From the NCBI RefSeq assembly GCF_006345805.1, contig NW_021827243.1, positions 1-10,900 on the forward strand: a stretch of DNA of 10,900 nucleotides. Reading direction: 5' to 3'. The DNA is from Octopus sinensis. Its lineage: Eukaryota. Positions within the stretch are counted from its first letter, which is position 1; every line of letters starts with the position of its first letter. Shown here piece by piece: positions 7,150 to 10,900 of the stretch. The position numbers and the translations under genes were made by a program. The notes below the pieces were generated by a model. It saw nothing but the letters and a program-made list of their open reading frames with translations, had not been told where the DNA came from and did not search any database.

Positions 7150-7880
7150 GTTATAGTTTAGCTCAAGCCTGTCCTGCTCCAAAATATTTTACCAATAAGC
7201 ATTCCTAACCTAACGCTTTCGCTGATTTTAGATCTAAGTCTGGAGAATCCAAGGTATATTTCCTTAACTTTCTTTTTTTAGGAAGATAGAATGTAATCCG
7301 GCACCGCTTGTTATGTGAGGTGATTATTTCACATCCTTTATGTTGGCATTTAAATAATATTGCTATTACTTCTGGAGTAAGTAATAACCAGCTTTTCCAT
7401 GCGTGTATATGTATTCTCCAATGGATAAGATGGGACACAAAAGTGAAATTCTAGTTTTCTTTATTTGAAAGCTTCCCTTCGTCTATAACCGCGTTATGTT
7501 TTCTCTACTTCATTGCAAGCCATTTTAGAGGTTTCTGATAGGAAAGCTAATCTTGTGTAGCAATCAAAATTTCTTCAGTTTCTACTTTGAGTCCTGCATA
7601 CTCAGTTAATTCTACGGTATTCGTTTGACTATTTCTGCATAGTTTAAATCATGTTGGAGTTTTTCCTCACCATAGCTCTATGCTGTGGCTCCATTTTGAG
7701 TTTAGATTTTGGCTCTTTAAAAATTTTATTGTCGTTTTCCACTTCCTCCAATAAATATTTATTACAGCTTCTCTTGCGCATAGGTTTCCATGAAAAGAAT
7801 GCTGTATGTGTGCGTGCGAGTGGTTGGCTGGATTTCATTTGTTTTGTAGCTATTTGTATCGGAATCCCATTGCTTTTTTG
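7150..7880 (-). mobile_element. Decayed 3' end of an RLE-type (R4/Dong/NeSL-like) non-LTR retrotransposon ORF
   Basis: Minus-strand fragments: KSKLKMEPQHRAMVR; EEKLQH (cf. EKPLHG); AGLKVETEEILIATQD* then SFPIRN at ~7530-7597 (cf. SGLKAETEGxIIAAQDQSLPTRNY); FVSHLIHWRI (cf. HDxVAxYIHW, downstream of the CCHC knuckle). Multiple stops and frameshifts. Comparison is with remembered consensus sequences. Confidence 0.75.
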
Positions 7881-7900
7881 AGATATTTCATTTAATTTTA

Positions 7901-7907
<7 letters not shown>

Positions 7908-7957
<50 letters not shown>
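7908..7957. repeat. (ATT)n microsatellite
   Basis: Uninterrupted TTA/ATT units. Confidence 0.98.
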
Positions 7958-8084
7958 TTCTCAATGCAGACCTTTATTTCACTGTGTCGCAAAGCTCATC
8001 TCCGTGTACATCAGGTGTGTATTGTGTGTAACCACTCTCTATTCCTTATCACTTCCTAATATCACCCACAATGTTTCAAGTTTT

Positions 8085-8087
8085 ATA

Positions 8088-8119
<32 letters not shown>

Positions 8120-8120
8120 G

Positions 8121-8152
<32 letters not shown>

Positions 8153-8166
8153 TTATAATATATATA
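8085..8166. repeat. (TA)n microsatellite, interrupted
   Basis: Visible tandem TA. Confidence 0.97.
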
Positions 8167-8287
8167 CGTGCATGTGCATGATGTACATATAATTCATGTA
8201 GTTGTCTACTTCAATATTTATATAACCTTGTGTGCATGCCTTATTTCAACACGCACAAACACACAAACAAATACATACATGCATACA

Positions 8288-8523
8288 TATTATTATCATT
8301 ATTATTATCATCATCATTATTATCATTATTATTATTTATTATTATTATTATTATTATTATTTTATTATTATTATTACTATTATTATTATTATTATTATTA
8401 TTATTATCATCATCATATATTATATTATTATTATTATTATTATTATATCATTATTATTATTATTATTATTATTATATTATTATCATTTATTTTATTATTA
8501 TCATTATTATTATATTATTATTA

Positions 8524-8558
<35 letters not shown>

Positions 8559-8578
8559 CATCATTATTTATTATCTTA

Positions 8579-8622
<44 letters not shown>

Positions 8623-8650
8623 TATTATTATTATTATTATCGTTTATTAT
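8288..8650. repeat. ~360 bp imperfect (ATT)n array with ATC/ACT variants and frame slips
   Basis: Visible; it produces the poly-Y/L/I ORFs in all three + frames. Confidence 0.98.
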
Positions 8651-8910
8651 ATGCAACGTGCATGAATACCTTTCAATTTCTGGTAAATTTATTTGCTAAA
8701 CAGTTTGCAGACATATGCGTATAAGCCTCATCTCATGTAGTAATTAGCACATAAAAAATAACGAAGAGAAAATAATCATTAGCAGACAACGACAAAAAAA
8801 CTGCATAGGTAAATATTTATGGTTTACATGTATTTCTTTATATTTCTTAATTATTGTATTAGACTATTGTACCAAGGTCGTGTATCTGCTTCTGGTAATG
8901 GTTACGTGAA

Positions 8911-8995
<85 letters not shown>

Positions 8996-8996
8996 C

Positions 8997-9038
<42 letters not shown>

Positions 9039-9047
9039 AATCAATCA

Positions 9048-9093
<46 letters not shown>

Positions 9094-9097
9094 GTAT

Positions 9098-9179
<82 letters not shown>
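8911..9179. repeat. ~270 bp (TATC)n (GATA-type) array with TCTC, AATC and TATG/TATT variants
   Basis: Visible tandem units. Confidence 0.98.
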
Positions 9180-9769
9180 GTGTGGCCATACTAGTGTTTC
9201 CGTGTCGTAAGATATTTATTAATCATATCAAATCGCGTAACCATTCTAATGACTAAGTGCAAACATTGACTAATTTCTTAGCTAAGGATCTCATATTTTC
9301 TATATATAATAAAATGTTACACTTTGATCTTAACCAAAAGCCCAAAATCGATAATTCATAAAAGAGATAGTACATATCACCCTCTGCGAATGATGGCACA
9401 CTATGTATATATATAAAATCATAGACACCTGCGCTATGGGAAGTGACAGCTATGTCTCATAAAATGTTTACTTGGTCAATGGGTGGTTTAATCTTAGATA
9501 TCTATAAATATATATCCATATTATATACAAAGCTTTGAAAGATTCACATGTAGTTATCATTATTTCAAAAGTTATTTTATCATGGTATTCTTCATAAAAC
9601 TGCAGCATATCCAAAGATTTCAAAGTTATACATCGTTATTTATGAACATACTGTTCCAGTTTTCTCGTTATTTTGACGTAATATAATCTTTAAAACTCAT
9701 ACCAACTCACTCTCATTTTAATTCTCCCACTACCACTCACTATTTCTTGTTTGCCAGTTAGTGAGTGTG

Positions 9770-10015
9770 GCTTCGTGCTTATGTAATCACGAGTGGACAT
9801 GACATACTTTTGACTCTCCCACCCTTGACCAAGCAGAATATCGAAGATTTGACAGCTGGAGGGGAAAAGGACGATACCACCATTGGGCTGGTATTTAATT
9901 TCAGTTGAGTAAACTGGAGCAATGGGAAATGAAAAGCCTTATTTAAGGATACCCGAACCATTCCTTATTTAAGGATACCCGAACCATTCGGTCTCGAAAT
10001 CGAAAAGATTACCTA
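9770..10015 (-). mobile_element. Diverged tRNA-derived SINE containing an internal 26-bp tandem duplication
   Basis: Minus strand has a B-box remnant TTCGATTTC (9996-10004), then CATTTCCCATTGCTCCAGTTTACTCAACTG, homologous to 2660-2690. The left boundary is approximate. Confidence 0.65.
9937..9988. repeat. Perfect 26-bp direct tandem duplication CCTTATTTAAGGATACCCGAACCATT x2
   Basis: 9937-9962 is identical to 9963-9988. Confidence 0.97.
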
Positions 10016-10084
10016 ATGTGCATTAGCTCCAAATTTTTGAAGTAAACAATTTTGGAAATTTTGGAAATTTTGGCCGCCTGGGTA

Positions 10085-10400
10085 GATACAGTATGGCCGA
10101 ATGATCAAATATTTCACCTCGAAATCAAGAGATTCTTGATTCGATTCCACTGCGTGGCATCTTGGGCAAATGCCTTAGTCTACATCCACGAAACAAACTG
10201 TAACTTGGGGCAAAATTAAGTAGACACAACCGTAAAAGATCTTTAGTTTAGAAACTGCAACCGTGTCACACAGTGTCATACTGATTCTGCATGTGAAAGA
10301 GGTAGACATGGGTGTGGAATTCTCAGATACATTTTAATTGAAGAGCACGTAATTCAGTTGACCAAACAGTTTGCATCGGGAATGACGTGAATGAGACCTA
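10085..10400 (+). mobile_element. Older tRNA-derived SINE related to 2653-2884
   Basis: A box TGGCCGAATGA 10094-10104; B box GATTCGATTCC 10138-10148; CTTGGGCAAATGCC 10161-10174. The body (GTGTCATACTGATTCT, GTAGACATGGGTGTGGAATTCTCAG, TTAATTGAAGAGCACG) aligns loosely to 2745-2845. Confidence 0.75.
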
Positions 10401-10699
10401 CCATTACTGTTCTCTGGTGTGTCAACCATCTCGTTCCTATTGTCCTTTCTGTAATCTGTAATAAGGATAAACTAATCCTTAGTTACAATGATTAGAGGCT
10501 AATTTGCAGTCTGCGGCGATATTCTATGAATGATTCAGAAACGTTATGTTATTTTAGCAGATGCTTATTGCTTCAAGACATGTAGTCTTGAAGAACCTTA
10601 TCAGCTGAAACAATGCTGTAATAGAAAGCAGGACTAAAAGAGCGGAACAAACATATAGAATCTGACACACATAAAGATCGAATTATACACGTAGATTGA

Positions 10700-10850
10700 T
10701 CAATAGATAAATTAATAGACAGATACATTGATAGACAGATAGATAGATAAATAGATGGACAGATACACAGACAGATATTTTGCTTGCTAGAAGGACAGTG
10801 AGACAGGCAGAAAAATAGATAGACAGACAGACAGACATACGGATATATAT
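10700..10850. repeat. Degenerate (GATA)/(GACA)n microsatellite
   Basis: Visible AGAT/AGAC units. Confidence 0.85.
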
Positions 10851-10900
10851 ATTCTTTTATTCTTTTACTTTTTCAGTCATTTGACTGCGTCCATGCTGGA
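10851..10900 (-). mobile_element. 3' end and tail of a family-B SINE running off the window edge
   Basis: Reverse complement TCCAGCATGGACGCAGTCAAATGACTGAAAAAGTAAAAGAATAAAAGAAT matches 6980-7020 (AGCATGGCCTCAGTC...AAATGACTGAAACAAGTAA). Confidence 0.88.

Noticed and set aside
8873-8904. Possible 32-nt micro-exon (..TGTATTAG|ACTATT...CTTCTG|GTAATG)
   Set aside because: AG/GT pairs like this are common by chance; there is no homology or neighbouring exon to support it.
8168-9256. 145-165 aa ORFs rich in Y/L/I that look like membrane proteins
   Set aside because: Read-through of the (ATT)n and (TATC)n arrays in all frames.
9299-9316. TCTATATATAATAAAATG resembling a Helitron 5' end
   Set aside because: Not preceded by the expected A target, no CTRR 3' end with hairpin found, and the motif is common in AT-rich DNA.
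10519-10546. CTATGA-ATGATTCA-GAAACGT hammerhead-like string
   Set aside because: The core lacks G5, and there is no viable stem II or stem I.
10861-10900. Strong apparent splice acceptor TCTTTTACTTTTTCAG followed by a putative exon
   Set aside because: It is the antisense 3' tail of a family-B SINE, matching 6980-7020.

Overview
AT-rich, microsatellite-dense eukaryotic DNA with no supportable host-gene exon. It reads as intergenic or intronic sequence from a coleoid cephalopod (Octopus-like); that taxon call is inferred from my recall of the SINE families, not from a search. Nearly all ORFs in the supplied track are microsatellite or repeat read-through. The window is a mosaic of mobile-element remnants: at least seven full or partial tRNA-derived SINE copies, a decayed mariner transposase (minus, ~4225-4886), the 3' end of an RLE-type (R4/Dong/NeSL-like) LINE (minus, ~7150-7880), and a strongly structured ~555 bp RTE-like non-autonomous element (2913-3466). 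The most notable signal is six type I hammerhead-ribozyme (HHR) motifs from four unrelated sequence families between 563 and 5897. All have the minimal, palindromic-stem-III architecture known from Penelope-like retroelements (PLEs). They include two with canonical cores and GUA sites, a head-to-head foldback pair whose copies are each damaged at a different core position, and a two-copy family sharing a non-canonical CUGUAGA core. All folding and alignment was done by eye; ribozyme activity is untested.
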